Counted from the first letter of the stretch, positions 14,043 through 23,712 are shown. The stretch is 32,000 bases of DNA from Nitrososphaera viennensis EN76 (GCF_000698785.1 NZ_CP007536.1:1020001-1052000), one strand, 5' to 3'. Notes: a model not told the origin generated them from the sequence alone. Program-made: numbers and translations.

Positions 14043-14875
14043 TGAGCAGAAAAATCCGGGCAATATTTGCAGACTATGATGGTACGCTGTGCCCTGCCGC
14101 AAACTTGCGATCTAGTGATGACGGAACGTCGTTCATACCAAGCCCTCTGGGAGAGACCCTGTGGACTCTCTCAGGATATATCCCGGTCTGCATAATCTCG
14201 AGCAAAGATTCACACTTTCTAGTCAACAGGGCGCCATTTGCAACCGTGTTCTCCTGCATCATGGGAATTGAGACCCTGGTGGTCAAAAGGCGCAACAATA
14301 ATGACATTCTGCCAGAGATTGAAAAGCGCAGGCTATCCATCAATAGAGCAAGGCTTCGAGAAAATGCGCGCAAGCTTGATTCCATATCGCAAATTGTCCA
14401 GTCAGAGTTCCCATTTGTGACGGCTGAAAAAAAGCGAACCAGCGACGATTTGCTTGCCGGCGTCACAGTCGACTGGAGGAAAAAGAAGGACTGGGATGAA
14501 CCGCGGGATGCCATAGAATCCTATGTACGGAAGATCGTCTCAAAATACAACAACAAATCCTTCAGGCCCGTGTATCTAGAGACTTACTCGTCGCATCCAT
14601 TCATCGATATCTATGCTACGAAATGCGACAAAGGCACCGGCTTTAAGCATGTCCTTTCAGAGATAAAGATGAAGGGCGAAGGCCAGATCATGTATCTTGG
14701 GGATTCTGAAAATGACAACCCTGCATTCCGGCTGGCTGACATCCCTATTGGAATCAGGTCAGACCCGCGACTAAAACCTAGATTGGAATGCGACTTTGTT
14801 CTAGAACAGGACATGCTTGCATCATTTCTGCAGCGCCTGCTAAGAAATGACCTGGTATTTTCAGAGGCATTGTAG
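14042..14875 (+). CDS. HAD-IIB family phosphatase, trehalose-phosphatase-like
   Basis: Motif I FADYDGTL, a DKG motif, and motif IV YLGDSENDNPAF. The cap-domain size fits the HAD-IIB/OtsB-like class. Confidence 0.65.
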   Translation: MSRKIRAIFADYDGTLCPAANLRSSDDGTSFIPSPLGETLWTLSGYIPVCIISSKDSHFLVNRAPFATVFSCIMGIETLVVKRRNNNDILPEIEKRRLSINRARLRENARKLDSISQIVQSEFPFVTAEKKRTSDDLLAGVTVDWRKKKDWDEPRDAIESYVRKIVSKYNNKSFRPVYLETYSSHPFIDIYATKCDKGTGFKHVLSEIKMKGEGQIMYLGDSENDNPAFRLADIPIGIRSDPRLKPRLECDFVLEQDMLASFLQRLLRNDLVFSEAL

Positions 14876-15075
14876 TCAAGTTGTCGGCGGTTGTTTGCTC
14901 ATGGTTATTGAGCGTCAGCAAAGACTGGATAGAACCTTGAGCGATTCCACCTACCAGCCGCGGAATAGCATATATAATAAAAGAACTATTGTGCGCGGAG
15001 TAGTTTCCACTGGAAGCACGCCCCCTCCCCTCTGCCCTTCCCTACGCGCAGAGACAGAAAGAGAAAGAGAGAGGG

Positions 15076-16329
15076 TTACGGCCAGAGGCCGCGGATCTTG
15101 ATCGCTTCGACGACCCTGTTGACTGCCAGGACCATCGAGGCCTTGCGCATGTTGACGCTGTATTCCTCGTGTGTGTGGTAGATGTCGAGGAACGCCTTTG
15201 TAATGTTCTTGTCAAGTTTCTGGTTAACTTCGGCCTCCGACCAGTACTCGCGCCGGAGGTTCTGCAGCCACTCAAAGTACGAGACCGTGACACCGCCCCC
15301 GTTTGCCAGGATGTCGGGTATCACAAGCGCCTGGTTCTTGTAGAGAACGTCGTCGGCATCAGGAGTCGTTGGCCCGTTTGCAGCCTCGGCCACGATCTTG
15401 GCCTTGACGTTCTTGGCGTTCTTGGCGTTTATCTGGTTTTCAAGCGCGGCAGGTATCAGGATAGTGCAGTCGGTCTCCAGCAAGTCCTCGTTGCTTATTG
15501 ATTTTGCGCCGGAAAACCCGACGACAGAGCCCGTCTTTTCCTTGTGCTTGCGGAGCGCCTGCACGGACATGCCGGCCTTGTTGTAGACGCCGCCCTTCGA
15601 GTCCGATGCTGCAATCACGGTCGCTCCCTGCTCCTCTACGAGCTGCGACGCAAACTGGCCGGCGTTGCCAAAGCCCTGCACAGCAACGGTGGCGTTTTTC
15701 ATGTTTATCTTGAGCTTCTTTGCCGCTTCCCTCACCGTAAAGGACAACCCCCTGCCGGTCGCCTCGTTCCTGCCAAGCGAGCCGCCAATCGGGATCGGCT
15801 TGCCGGTGATGACTTCGGGCTGCACATAGTTGCCCTTTAGCGCCGAGTAGGTGTCCATTATCCAGGCCATCTCGTTGCCGCCAGTGTAGACGTCAGGAGC
15901 GGGGATATCCGTGTGCGGGCCTATGATGTCGGCGATGCCGTAGGCATAGCGCCGGGTCATCCTTTCAAGCTCGCCCTTTGACATCTCCTTTGGGTTGCAG
16001 ATGATTCCGCCCTTGCCTCCGCCGTACGGGATGTCGGCAATTGCGCACTTCCAGGTCATCCACATCGAAAGTGCCTTCACTTCGTCGACCGTGACCTGAG
16101 GGTGGTAGCGGATTCCGCCCTTGTACGGGCCGCGGGCGTCGTTGTGCTGCGACCTAAAACCGGTGAAAACCTTGATCTCGCCAGAGTCCATCTTGACCGG
16201 GATAGAGACTGTAAGGACACGCTTTGGGTGCGCCAGGACCTGGTGCATGCCCTTGTCGAGCTTTATCAGTTTTGCCACTTCGTCAAGCTGCTTGAGTGCC
16301 ATCTCAAAAGGGTTGATCGGCTGGGACAT
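15076..16329 (-). CDS. gdhA: glutamate dehydrogenase
   Basis: 417 aa. Contains KGGIRYHP, PYGGGKGGI and a Rossmann GFGNAG motif. Confidence 0.92.
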   Translation of the reverse strand: MSQPINPFEMALKQLDEVAKLIKLDKGMHQVLAHPKRVLTVSIPVKMDSGEIKVFTGFRSQHNDARGPYKGGIRYHPQVTVDEVKALSMWMTWKCAIADIPYGGGKGGIICNPKEMSKGELERMTRRYAYGIADIIGPHTDIPAPDVYTGGNEMAWIMDTYSALKGNYVQPEVITGKPIPIGGSLGRNEATGRGLSFTVREAAKKLKINMKNATVAVQGFGNAGQFASQLVEEQGATVIAASDSKGGVYNKAGMSVQALRKHKEKTGSVVGFSGAKSISNEDLLETDCTILIPAALENQINAKNAKNVKAKIVAEAANGPTTPDADDVLYKNQALVIPDILANGGGVTVSYFEWLQNLRREYWSEAEVNQKLDKNITKAFLDIYHTHEEYSVNMRKASMVLAVNRVVEAIKIRGLWP

Positions 16330-16388
16330 GCCTCCAATCTAACAAAATAGCGTATTTAAGCCTAAGGTTTTGCCTAAGGCCAGGCCTA

Positions 16389-16742
16389 TTATACATTCAT
16401 GCGCTGAGAGATGAGCAATTTGAGCTCCTCGTCGCTCTTGCCGGCGAAGTCGATGCCAAGCGAGGCTGCTATCATCTCCAGCTTTTCCCGCTCTGTTGCA
16501 ACGGGGCGGGTTATCCTCGGGATCTTATTTATGCCGGCGTCCCTCCTTGCCTGCTCGGCAGCACCCTGCATCTCTTGCCTGAACTGCTGGCGGGCCTTTT
16601 CGTACTCGCCAACCGCCTTTCCGAATGTGCGCGAGACCTGCGGCAGGCGCTTTGCACCAAAGATGAGTATAAGCGCAACAAGGATTATGATTATCCATTC
16701 TGATCCCGCTATGTTCATCATGAGCAGGCCGGAAAACGGCAT
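16389..16742 (-). CDS. tatA: twin-arginine translocase subunit TatA/E family
   Basis: An N-terminal TM helix followed by FGAKRLPQ and an amphipathic helix. The start may be the Met at 16721. Confidence 0.75.
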   Translation of the reverse strand: MPFSGLLMMNIAGSEWIIIILVALILIFGAKRLPQVSRTFGKAVGEYEKARQQFRQEMQGAAEQARRDAGINKIPRITRPVATEREKLEMIAASLGIDFAGKSDEELKLLISQRMNV

Positions 16743-16776
16743 ATCTCTCTATGTGTAGACTGAATATGAACTGGAA

Positions 16777-17418
16777 TTAAATATTTCCGCCCAGCAGCCT
16801 CTTTTCAAGGCCGCCTATGGCGTCGACCATCGCCTTGCGCCTCTTTTCCTCCGTGACGACTGCCCGGATGTCCTCGATAAGCATCCTTGCCACGTCAAGC
16901 TTTTTGCGCAGGCCGGCCACGATGTTGTCGTACACTGCAAAGGGGTAGACTGCGCCGTAAATATCCTCCATCACGGCAAACAAGCTCTCGGCGTCCTTCT
17001 CGTTGCCGGATCGCATGCGGTCGTACACCAGCCTCTTTATCTCACCGACGCAGTCCAAAAGCCCGGTGAGGTACGACGGGCCCGATACTTCAAGGTCGGC
17101 CATTGACGGGAGCTGCTGCGACTGCCCTTCCATCACCGCCCGCAGCACGTACGCCTCCACCAGCTCCTGTTCCGCCAATGCGATGTACCGGTAGAGGTCG
17201 TCGCCGGCGTGGACGCGAAACTCGGCAAGCATGGCCTTTGCCTGGCCCATCATTTCGGCCGCCTCGCCAAGCTGCCCGTGGTGCATCGCGATTATCGACT
17301 TGCTGCATAGCATCACCGCGTCGCGTGTTCCCTTGATCAGTTTTTCGCGGCGCTCCTGCACGTCCTTTAGGTCCCTGTTGATGGCTTCAAGCGAGCCCTG
17401 AATGCTAACAACTGGCAT
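16777..17418 (-). CDS. translin-family nucleic-acid-binding protein (COG2178-like)
   Basis: REKLIKGTRDAVMLCSKSIIAMHHG and YLTGLLDCVGEIKRLVYDRMRSGN parallel conserved translin helices. Confidence 0.65.
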   Translation of the reverse strand: MPVVSIQGSLEAINRDLKDVQERREKLIKGTRDAVMLCSKSIIAMHHGQLGEAAEMMGQAKAMLAEFRVHAGDDLYRYIALAEQELVEAYVLRAVMEGQSQQLPSMADLEVSGPSYLTGLLDCVGEIKRLVYDRMRSGNEKDAESLFAVMEDIYGAVYPFAVYDNIVAGLRKKLDVARMLIEDIRAVVTEEKRRKAMVDAIGGLEKRLLGGNI

Positions 17419-17521
17419 ATACGCTGTCTAGCGCGACAGGTTTGGATAAAAGACTTGCGACGATGGCAGCGACTACAATTTTTATAGACGGGACAGATAA
17501 CCGCTAGGCGGACTTAGTTAG

Positions 17522-18031
17522 TTGGGCAACCTTCGCCGGAGCAGGGGCTATGCCTTTGAGCACGGGCTTGTTGAGCGCTTTAACGCGCTCAAAGGGTGGC
17601 ACGCGCGCCGCCTCGGCGGGTCATCGACCGGCCTGCCGGACATTGTGGCGGTAAACAACATACAGGGCATACTGCTCACCATCGAGGCCAAGTCCGGCAC
17701 AAGCGACATCCTGTACGTGCCGCAGGACCAGATCGAAAGGTGCATGGTAGTCACGGACATGTTTGCCATCTATCCCACCCGCCACATCGTCTTTGCATTC
17801 AAGTTCATGAGCAAGAAGAGGTTCCGGCGCAAGAACGCGACAGTGTACGAGCAGCGCAGGCTCGTAGAATACTACAAGGTCGCAGACGCGCTTTCGAGCA
17901 TGAGGCCGCTTCCCATAGTAAAGTGCACGTACGACGGCAGGACGTTTGCGATGCTTGACGGCAAGACCGTGGAGCTGAACCTGCCCGACCTCCCCATGCC
18001 GTTTCACAAAAACAACGGTGCAATGAAATGA
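17522..18031 (+). CDS. hjc: Hjc-like Holliday junction resolvase / PD-(D/E)xK nuclease with C-terminal extension
   Basis: RGYAFEHGLVERF...GLPDIVAV...LTIEAKSG fits the E...D...ExK pattern of archaeal Hjc. TTG start. About 30 extra C-terminal residues. Confidence 0.55.
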   Translation: MGNLRRSRGYAFEHGLVERFNALKGWHARRLGGSSTGLPDIVAVNNIQGILLTIEAKSGTSDILYVPQDQIERCMVVTDMFAIYPTRHIVFAFKFMSKKRFRRKNATVYEQRRLVEYYKVADALSSMRPLPIVKCTYDGRTFAMLDGKTVELNLPDLPMPFHKNNGAMK

Positions 18032-18441
18032 AGACAGCAGCATTTCTTGAATTTCCAGCGATAGGCGAAAAGGCAGAGATCGAGCTTGATGGCGCGCAGT
18101 CGCCCCGGACGGTCAAGGCGATTATCGGCAGCCTGCCCCTGACCATGACGATCGAAAGGTGGGGCGACGAGCTGTATTCAGAGGCGACGCCGGTAAAGGT
18201 TGCAAAGGAAAACGCAAAACCAGAGGTGTGCCTGTTTGACGTCGCGTACTGGCCTAAAGGCAGCGCGCTGTGCTTCTTTTACGGACCTACGCCAATAAGC
18301 AAGGCGCGCGGCACGATAGTGCCATACTCGCCAGTCAACATTGTCGGCAGGATAAAGTCAAGGCCGCCAGACATCCAGGATTTCCTGCGCAGGGTAGAAG
18401 AGGCGCACGTAGCAAAGCGCGTGCCTGCGATCCTGCGCTAG
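18028..18441 (+). CDS. cyclophilin-like superfamily protein (TM1367/Cyclophil_like type)
   Basis: 137 aa. The SPRTVKAIIGSLPL...WGDELY...DVAYWPKGSALCFFYGPTP...NIVGRI pattern matches this family. ATGA overlap with the upstream gene. Confidence 0.6.
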   Translation: MKTAAFLEFPAIGEKAEIELDGAQSPRTVKAIIGSLPLTMTIERWGDELYSEATPVKVAKENAKPEVCLFDVAYWPKGSALCFFYGPTPISKARGTIVPYSPVNIVGRIKSRPPDIQDFLRRVEEAHVAKRVPAILR

Positions 18442-19211
18442 CGGCAGCCGTACTTGTGGGCCCACGGCTCTGAGGCAAACTCGCTTTCATCGCAGAAATT
18501 CGTGGACGCCACGGCGTGCCCTGATTCCAAAAGCTCGGCGTTTAGCATCTTGTCGCCACAAAACACCTTTGCCACCATCCTGCCATAGCTTCCCGCCTGC
18601 TGCCCGTCATCCTCGTCCACAAGCGCAGTCGAGCCGACGGGGCACAATGCCGCCGTAAAGTCCGTCGCTTCCTTGTAGCCAGGCTCCCCTCTTTCGGGCG
18701 TGTTTACGAGCGCAAGCCGGATTGCAATATTGTTGACCCGGATTGTGTCGCCGTCCGTTATTCTCGTGACCGTGCCAGAAAAGCATACAGCGGCGCCGAC
18801 GCAACGGGCTACCGAGGAAACGCCGGCGACGTCGAGAAAACCGGCAGAGGCTTTGGAGAGTGGTTTCGGAGTGGACAGGCCGTCCCAAACGAAAACCTGG
18901 ATTATGTACCTCCCTTCTTTTTGCGGGGTCCACGGCAGTTCAAAAGAGCGCTGTCCTGTAAAGGAGACCTCCTCCCACCCTAAATAGTCTGTATAGCCGT
19001 CTTGGTCCTTTACCTGCACAATGTACAAGATCGAGTCCTGCCGGCTTGAAGTAATGTCCACCTGTATCGACATCTGTCTTCCGGCCTCAAACTGGCCACC
19101 TTGTGGCACCACCAGCAACTTGTTTATTGTAACGTCATCATTATCAACCGTCTGAGCGAGTGCGGGGATTGGCACCAAAGCTAGAGCGACCAAAAAGAGG
19201 GCCTTGAGCAC
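18438..19211 (-). CDS. secreted staphylococcal-nuclease (SNase/thermonuclease)-like protein with N-terminal beta-rich domain
   Basis: Signal peptide (MLKALFLVALALVPIPALA), a middle Ig-like region, and a C-terminal SNase core (TRITDGDTIRV...RLALVNTPE...YGRMVAKV). GTG start with a TATA-like box about 25 nt upstream. Confidence 0.75.
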   Translation of the reverse strand: MLKALFLVALALVPIPALAQTVDNDDVTINKLLVVPQGGQFEAGRQMSIQVDITSSRQDSILYIVQVKDQDGYTDYLGWEEVSFTGQRSFELPWTPQKEGRYIIQVFVWDGLSTPKPLSKASAGFLDVAGVSSVARCVGAAVCFSGTVTRITDGDTIRVNNIAIRLALVNTPERGEPGYKEATDFTAALCPVGSTALVDEDDGQQAGSYGRMVAKVFCGDKMLNAELLESGHAVASTNFCDESEFASEPWAHKYGCR

Positions 19212-19504
19212 AGCTCTTGAAAGGCCGTGTAGTTATATTAGATTGTAGGTTCATATTGCGGAATTGCTGTAATATTTTCAGTAATAGATACCCCGGACTC
19301 GCGGTAACGGGCGCAAACGCTGCAAGCATTTGTATTTCAACAATCCATATTTTACCATCTAGAGCAGAAAATGTGTAATTTTTCTTAATCAGAAAATAAT
19401 TGTTAAAAATTCTCAATAGTACAAACCCCGAATACAATTATACTTAGTTCCACAGGCCTTATAAGTTGCAAACGCGATACTATATTGCTTTTCAGAGAGA
19501 GAAA

Positions 19505-20410
19505 ATGAAAACATCGCTAGTATCCCCATGCAAACACGAAAAGACGGTCACAGACCCAGAGTCTGGCGAGATTATTTGCCGGAGCTGCGGGCTCGTGATA
19601 TCGGACAAGATACAAGAGATGCGGCCCGAATGGCGCGCGTTTACCTCTCAAGAGGCAGACGACAGGGCTAGGACTGGAATCCCCAGTTCCCTCGCACGCC
19701 ATGACATGGGCCTGTCTACAGTGATTGCAAGGACGGACAAGGACGCAAGCGGGCGCCTGATAGAGGGTGTCATGAAGTCAACTATGGACAGGCTGAGGGC
19801 GTGGGATTTCCGCACGCAGGCCCACTCGCCGACTGATAGGAACCTCAGGCAGGCGTTCTCGGAGCTGGACAGGCTAAAAGACAAGCTGTCGCTGTCCGAC
19901 GCCGTGGTGGAAAAGACGGCTTACATATACAGAAAAGCGCAAGAGCGCGGTCTCGTAAGGGGCAGGACCATATCCGCGACCCTTGGAGCGGCGCTGTACA
20001 TTGCGATACGCGAGACAGGCATGTCAAGGACGCTAAAAGACATCGCCGAGACCAGCAACGTCAAGCGCAAGGACCTGGCAAGGATGTACAGGCTCGTAGT
20101 GCTTGAACTGGACCTGAAAATCCCGATGATAGACCCGATGAAGTGCATCGCAAGGGTCGCAAGCAAGTCGGGATTGAGCGAAAAGACCAAGCGGCATGCT
20201 ATGAACATCATGTATGATGTCGTAAAGAGCGGCATGTCCGCCGGCAAGGACCCTATGGGACTTGCGGCATCAGTGCTGTACATGGCGTCGCTTGAGACAG
20301 GCGAGAACAGGACCCAGACGGACATCGCCGAGGCCGCAGGGGTCACCGAAGTGACCGTCAGAAATAGGTACAAGAATCTAAAGAGCCGGCTTGATTCGCT
20401 GGCGAATTAG
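19505..20410 (+). CDS. tfb: transcription initiation factor TFB (TFIIB homolog)
   Basis: N-terminal zinc ribbon (CKHEK...CRSCG) and two cyclin-fold repeats. ATG 19505 is preferred over the upstream TTG at 19466. Confidence 0.9.
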   Translation: MKTSLVSPCKHEKTVTDPESGEIICRSCGLVISDKIQEMRPEWRAFTSQEADDRARTGIPSSLARHDMGLSTVIARTDKDASGRLIEGVMKSTMDRLRAWDFRTQAHSPTDRNLRQAFSELDRLKDKLSLSDAVVEKTAYIYRKAQERGLVRGRTISATLGAALYIAIRETGMSRTLKDIAETSNVKRKDLARMYRLVVLELDLKIPMIDPMKCIARVASKSGLSEKTKRHAMNIMYDVVKSGMSAGKDPMGLAASVLYMASLETGENRTQTDIAEAAGVTEVTVRNRYKNLKSRLDSLAN

Positions 20411-20494
20411 ACTCTACTGCTACCTCCCCCTTTTTGATATTAGTTAATAATGATAAACACCTAAATAGCAATTTTTAGTAGACATCGTGCAACC

Positions 20495-21913
20495 GTGGCA
20501 GCGTCTGCCGACGTTTCCTCCATCATCAAGAGAAATGCGCTGCGCTATTCGCTTGTAGCAATAGCATCCGTTTTTGTCTTCGAGTTTACAGCAGGCATCA
20601 TCACAAACAGCCTTGCTGTCCTGGCAGACAGCACCCACGCGCTGCTCGACGCTGTAGTGACTGCAATACTGATAATCGCAGTGAGCCTTGCCGCCAAGCC
20701 CCGCGACAAGGAGCACACGTATGGCCACGGCAGGATAGAGACGATAGGCGGCTTTATCGGCGGAACCGCGCTCTTCGTAGTTTCAATATTTTTCATATAC
20801 GAGGCTGTGGCAAGGCTCGTATTCGGGGGCACGGCCGCACTATCGGTCAACCCCGGCGTGATAGGCTTTGCAGCAGTCGTGTACACGCTTGCAGTCGACG
20901 CTTTCAGGATGGCGGTGCTTGGCAGGGCGATGCGCAGGATAAGCGCCGCCACGCTCAAGGCCGACCTCTACCACGCAATAGCTGACTTTGCATCGACCGC
21001 AGTGGCCCTTGTCGGCCTGTGGCTTGTCACCACCGGCTTTTACCAGGGCGACGCGATTGCCGCAATTGTCCTGGGCATATTCCTTGCTTATCTCAGCAGC
21101 AGGTTTGCGTACCAGAACGCGTTCGAGCTGACAGACAGCATCCCGCCGAGGCTGGTGGCAAGGGTCCGCCAGGCTGCCGCAGGCACAGAAGGCGTGCTTG
21201 ACTGCAAGGACGTCAAGATGAGAAGGGTTGGAAGCGAGATCTTTGCAGAAGTCACGATAAGCCTAAAGGCGGACATCAGTTTTGAAAAGGCGCACGAGAT
21301 AAGCGCGCTGGTAGAGCGCAACATCGAGTCAAGCCTTGTAGAAACAGGCGACGCCGTTGAAAGCGTCACCGTGCACTTTGAGCCGATATACAGCCCCGAC
21401 CTGCCGCTTGAATCGATAATCGAGCGCGCGGCGGCACGCGTGTCGGGGGTAAAGGGCGTCCACAACATCATCGTTTCAAGGGTCGACGGCACCGACAGGC
21501 TGGAAGTGTCGCTCCACATCCAGGTCAACAGGTCAGCAAGCCTGAGCGAGGCGCACGCAATAGCAAGCGCGGTCGAAGAGTCGATAAAGGGTCAGGTCAA
21601 GCGCGCGGAAAACGTGACCGTGCATCTGGAGCCCCTCATGCCGGCGGTGGCCGGCGTCCAGCCGCTTGCAGACGTCGAAATCCAGAACTCCATACGGCAG
21701 ATCGTTCTTGCGGCAGGCGATATCAAGAAGGTTGGAAGGATAGCGACGTTTAGGACCGACGAGGACACGCTCAAGATAGACGTCGACATTGGCTTTTCAT
21801 CCGACGGGCCAGCCACGATAGAGCAGGTGCACGAGCTCGTGACAGAGATAGAGAAACAGATACGCGCCAAGTATCCCGGCTCGATAGTCACGATACATGC
21901 CGAGCCGGGCTAG
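20495..21913 (+). CDS. cation diffusion facilitator (CDF) metal transporter with three tandem C-terminal cytoplasmic domains
   Basis: Six-TM CDF core (SLAVLADSTHALLDAV, HAIADFAST), then three ZT_dimer-like modules ending VTVHFEP, VTVHLEP and VTIHAEP. Confidence 0.8.
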   Translation: MAASADVSSIIKRNALRYSLVAIASVFVFEFTAGIITNSLAVLADSTHALLDAVVTAILIIAVSLAAKPRDKEHTYGHGRIETIGGFIGGTALFVVSIFFIYEAVARLVFGGTAALSVNPGVIGFAAVVYTLAVDAFRMAVLGRAMRRISAATLKADLYHAIADFASTAVALVGLWLVTTGFYQGDAIAAIVLGIFLAYLSSRFAYQNAFELTDSIPPRLVARVRQAAAGTEGVLDCKDVKMRRVGSEIFAEVTISLKADISFEKAHEISALVERNIESSLVETGDAVESVTVHFEPIYSPDLPLESIIERAAARVSGVKGVHNIIVSRVDGTDRLEVSLHIQVNRSASLSEAHAIASAVEESIKGQVKRAENVTVHLEPLMPAVAGVQPLADVEIQNSIRQIVLAAGDIKKVGRIATFRTDEDTLKIDVDIGFSSDGPATIEQVHELVTEIEKQIRAKYPGSIVTIHAEPG

Positions 21914-21934
21914 CTGACTGAATCCCTTTATATC

Positions 21935-22822
21935 TTGGCCTGTTCGCTTGCTCTTGTGGCCGCAGTAATCACCATAAACCTGCCGCTTGCCAAGAAACTT
22001 GTACCGCCGCGCAGGGCGTCGTCGAAAAAGGGCGACAACGGCACGGTGCTTGTCGCCGGCGGCAGCAGGTTCTACCACGGCGCACCGGTGTTTACCAGCA
22101 TGGCGGCGCTGCGCGCAGGCACGGACCTCGTCTACACCGCGGTTCCCCGCTCGATAATCACAGAGGTGCGATGCTTTTCGCCGGCGCTGATTGCACTTCC
22201 GCTTCCCGACGACAAGCTGACTGTGGGCGCGGCAAACAGGCTTGCGGCAATGCTTCCAAAAAAGTCCGACGCGGCTGCCGTAGGCATGGGAATGAGCATA
22301 GCCGGCCCGGAGGCGATAATCGTGCTTGTAAGAAAGCTCAAAGAGCGCGGGACGAAAATCCTGCTTGACGCTTCCGCGCTCGTGCCGGAGATACTGCCAG
22401 AGATTGCAAGCACAAACACCGTCGTGACTCCCCATGCAGGCGAGTACAAGCGATTGTTTGGCGAAGATCCTGGCAAGGATGAAAAGGAAAGGATTGCAAA
22501 CGTGACCGCTAACGCAAAAAAATATGGAATAACAATCCTGCTCAAGGGGCCCACCGACATTGTTTCTGATGGCAAGAGCACCGGGATAAACCGCACGCAC
22601 AACTGTGCCATGACGGTCGGAGGCACGGGCGACGTGCTTGCAGGCATTACTGCGGGCCTAATGTGCAAGGTCCCGCCCTTTGAGGCGGCGCTCCTTGCAG
22701 TCTATTTCAACGGGCTTGCGGGCAACCTTGCGTTTAACCGCGTCGGCCTGCACATGACGTCCGCGGACTTGCTGGAAGACCTGCCGGTTGCCATGAAGCG
22801 CTTTGACGTGATAATCAAATAA
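21935..22822 (+). CDS. nnrD: ADP/ATP-dependent NAD(P)H-hydrate dehydratase (YjeF C-terminal/carbohydrate-kinase family)
   Basis: KKGDNGTVLVAGGSRFYHGAPVFTSMAALRAGTDLV and C-terminal GGTGDVLAG motifs. The start is uncertain (TTG 21935 or GTG 21956). Confidence 0.8.
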   Translation: MACSLALVAAVITINLPLAKKLVPPRRASSKKGDNGTVLVAGGSRFYHGAPVFTSMAALRAGTDLVYTAVPRSIITEVRCFSPALIALPLPDDKLTVGAANRLAAMLPKKSDAAAVGMGMSIAGPEAIIVLVRKLKERGTKILLDASALVPEILPEIASTNTVVTPHAGEYKRLFGEDPGKDEKERIANVTANAKKYGITILLKGPTDIVSDGKSTGINRTHNCAMTVGGTGDVLAGITAGLMCKVPPFEAALLAVYFNGLAGNLAFNRVGLHMTSADLLEDLPVAMKRFDVIIK

Positions 22823-22850
22823 TATAGCGGATAATACAACAGCACCTTGC

Positions 22851-23657
22851 TTGAAATCAGTGATCGTAACCGGGGCGTCAAGCGGCATCGGCAGGGCCGC
22901 TTCGTACCGGCTTGCAAGTGCAGGATACAGGGTGTATGGCCTTGCAAGGAGTTATGACAAACTGCAAGAGATGGCTGGCGAGCTTGCAAACTTCTTCTTT
23001 GTCCCTGTCGAGTTTGACGTGACAAAGCCCGACAAGTTTGACCGGGTGCTGGATCCGATAATCAAATCAGGCGTCTTTGGCCTTGTCAACAACGCCGGCT
23101 ATGTCGAGCCCGGCGCCATCGAGGATTTGTCGATGGAAAGCGTCAGGGCGCAGTTTGAGACCAACTTTTTCGGGCTTGTCGGTGTCACGAAAAAGATCCT
23201 GCCGGCGCTGATTGCGCAGAAGGAAGGCAGGATTGTAAACGTCAGCTCGATGGCAGGGATGGTGTCGCTTCCCACCATAGGCATGTACTGCGCGACCAAG
23301 CACGCGCTTGAAGCGTTCACGGAGGCGCTGCGTATGGAGCTGTGGAACACAGGGATAAAGGTCGCAAGCATAAACCCAGGAGTGATAGAGACAAACATAC
23401 ATTTTGTGACAGACGAAAAGGTGTCGCAGTTAAAGAATTCCAGGTTTGCAAGAGCGTACAAAAAGTACCTGCAGGAGACGCCCCGCGGCCTGCCGGCATC
23501 AATAGTTGCAGATGCCATATACGACGCGGTGTCGTCTCCAAAGCCGAAATACAGGTACCTGCTTGGCTCGGCAAGGGAAAAGGCAGGCGTGCGGCTCAGG
23601 CGCATTGCGCCGGACGACACCATACATGCGCTTGTAGCAAAGCGCGTTCTTGGATAA
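22851..23657 (+). CDS. short-chain dehydrogenase/reductase (classical SDR)
   Basis: TGASSGIG cofactor motif, NNAG, and the catalytic YxxxK (YCATKHA). The TTG start sits about 25 nt after a TATA-like AATAATATAG. Confidence 0.85.
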   Translation: MKSVIVTGASSGIGRAASYRLASAGYRVYGLARSYDKLQEMAGELANFFFVPVEFDVTKPDKFDRVLDPIIKSGVFGLVNNAGYVEPGAIEDLSMESVRAQFETNFFGLVGVTKKILPALIAQKEGRIVNVSSMAGMVSLPTIGMYCATKHALEAFTEALRMELWNTGIKVASINPGVIETNIHFVTDEKVSQLKNSRFARAYKKYLQETPRGLPASIVADAIYDAVSSPKPKYRYLLGSAREKAGVRLRRIAPDDTIHALVAKRVLG

Positions 23658-23712
23658 CTGCTGCGGCTAGCAATTTAATAGCCCCTGTTATTGAAAAAGA
23701 GAGTGTACACAT

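Noticed and set aside
14960-15075. Orphan strong AT-rich box (CATATATAATAAAAG) and a pyrimidine tract followed by a purine tract (CCCCTCCCCTCTGCCCTTCCC ... AGAGACAGAAAGAGAAAGAGAGAGGG) between the HAD gene and gdhA
   Set aside because: I considered an antisense or small-RNA promoter plus hairpin. The two tracts pair poorly when aligned by hand, and the region is adequately explained as a convergent terminator or 3'-UTR zone. Transcript data would be needed to revive the idea.
18438-18441. Convergent genes sharing the palindrome CTAG as both stop codons
   Set aside because: It is real in the sequence but a trivial consequence of tight packing, and I attach no functional inference to it.
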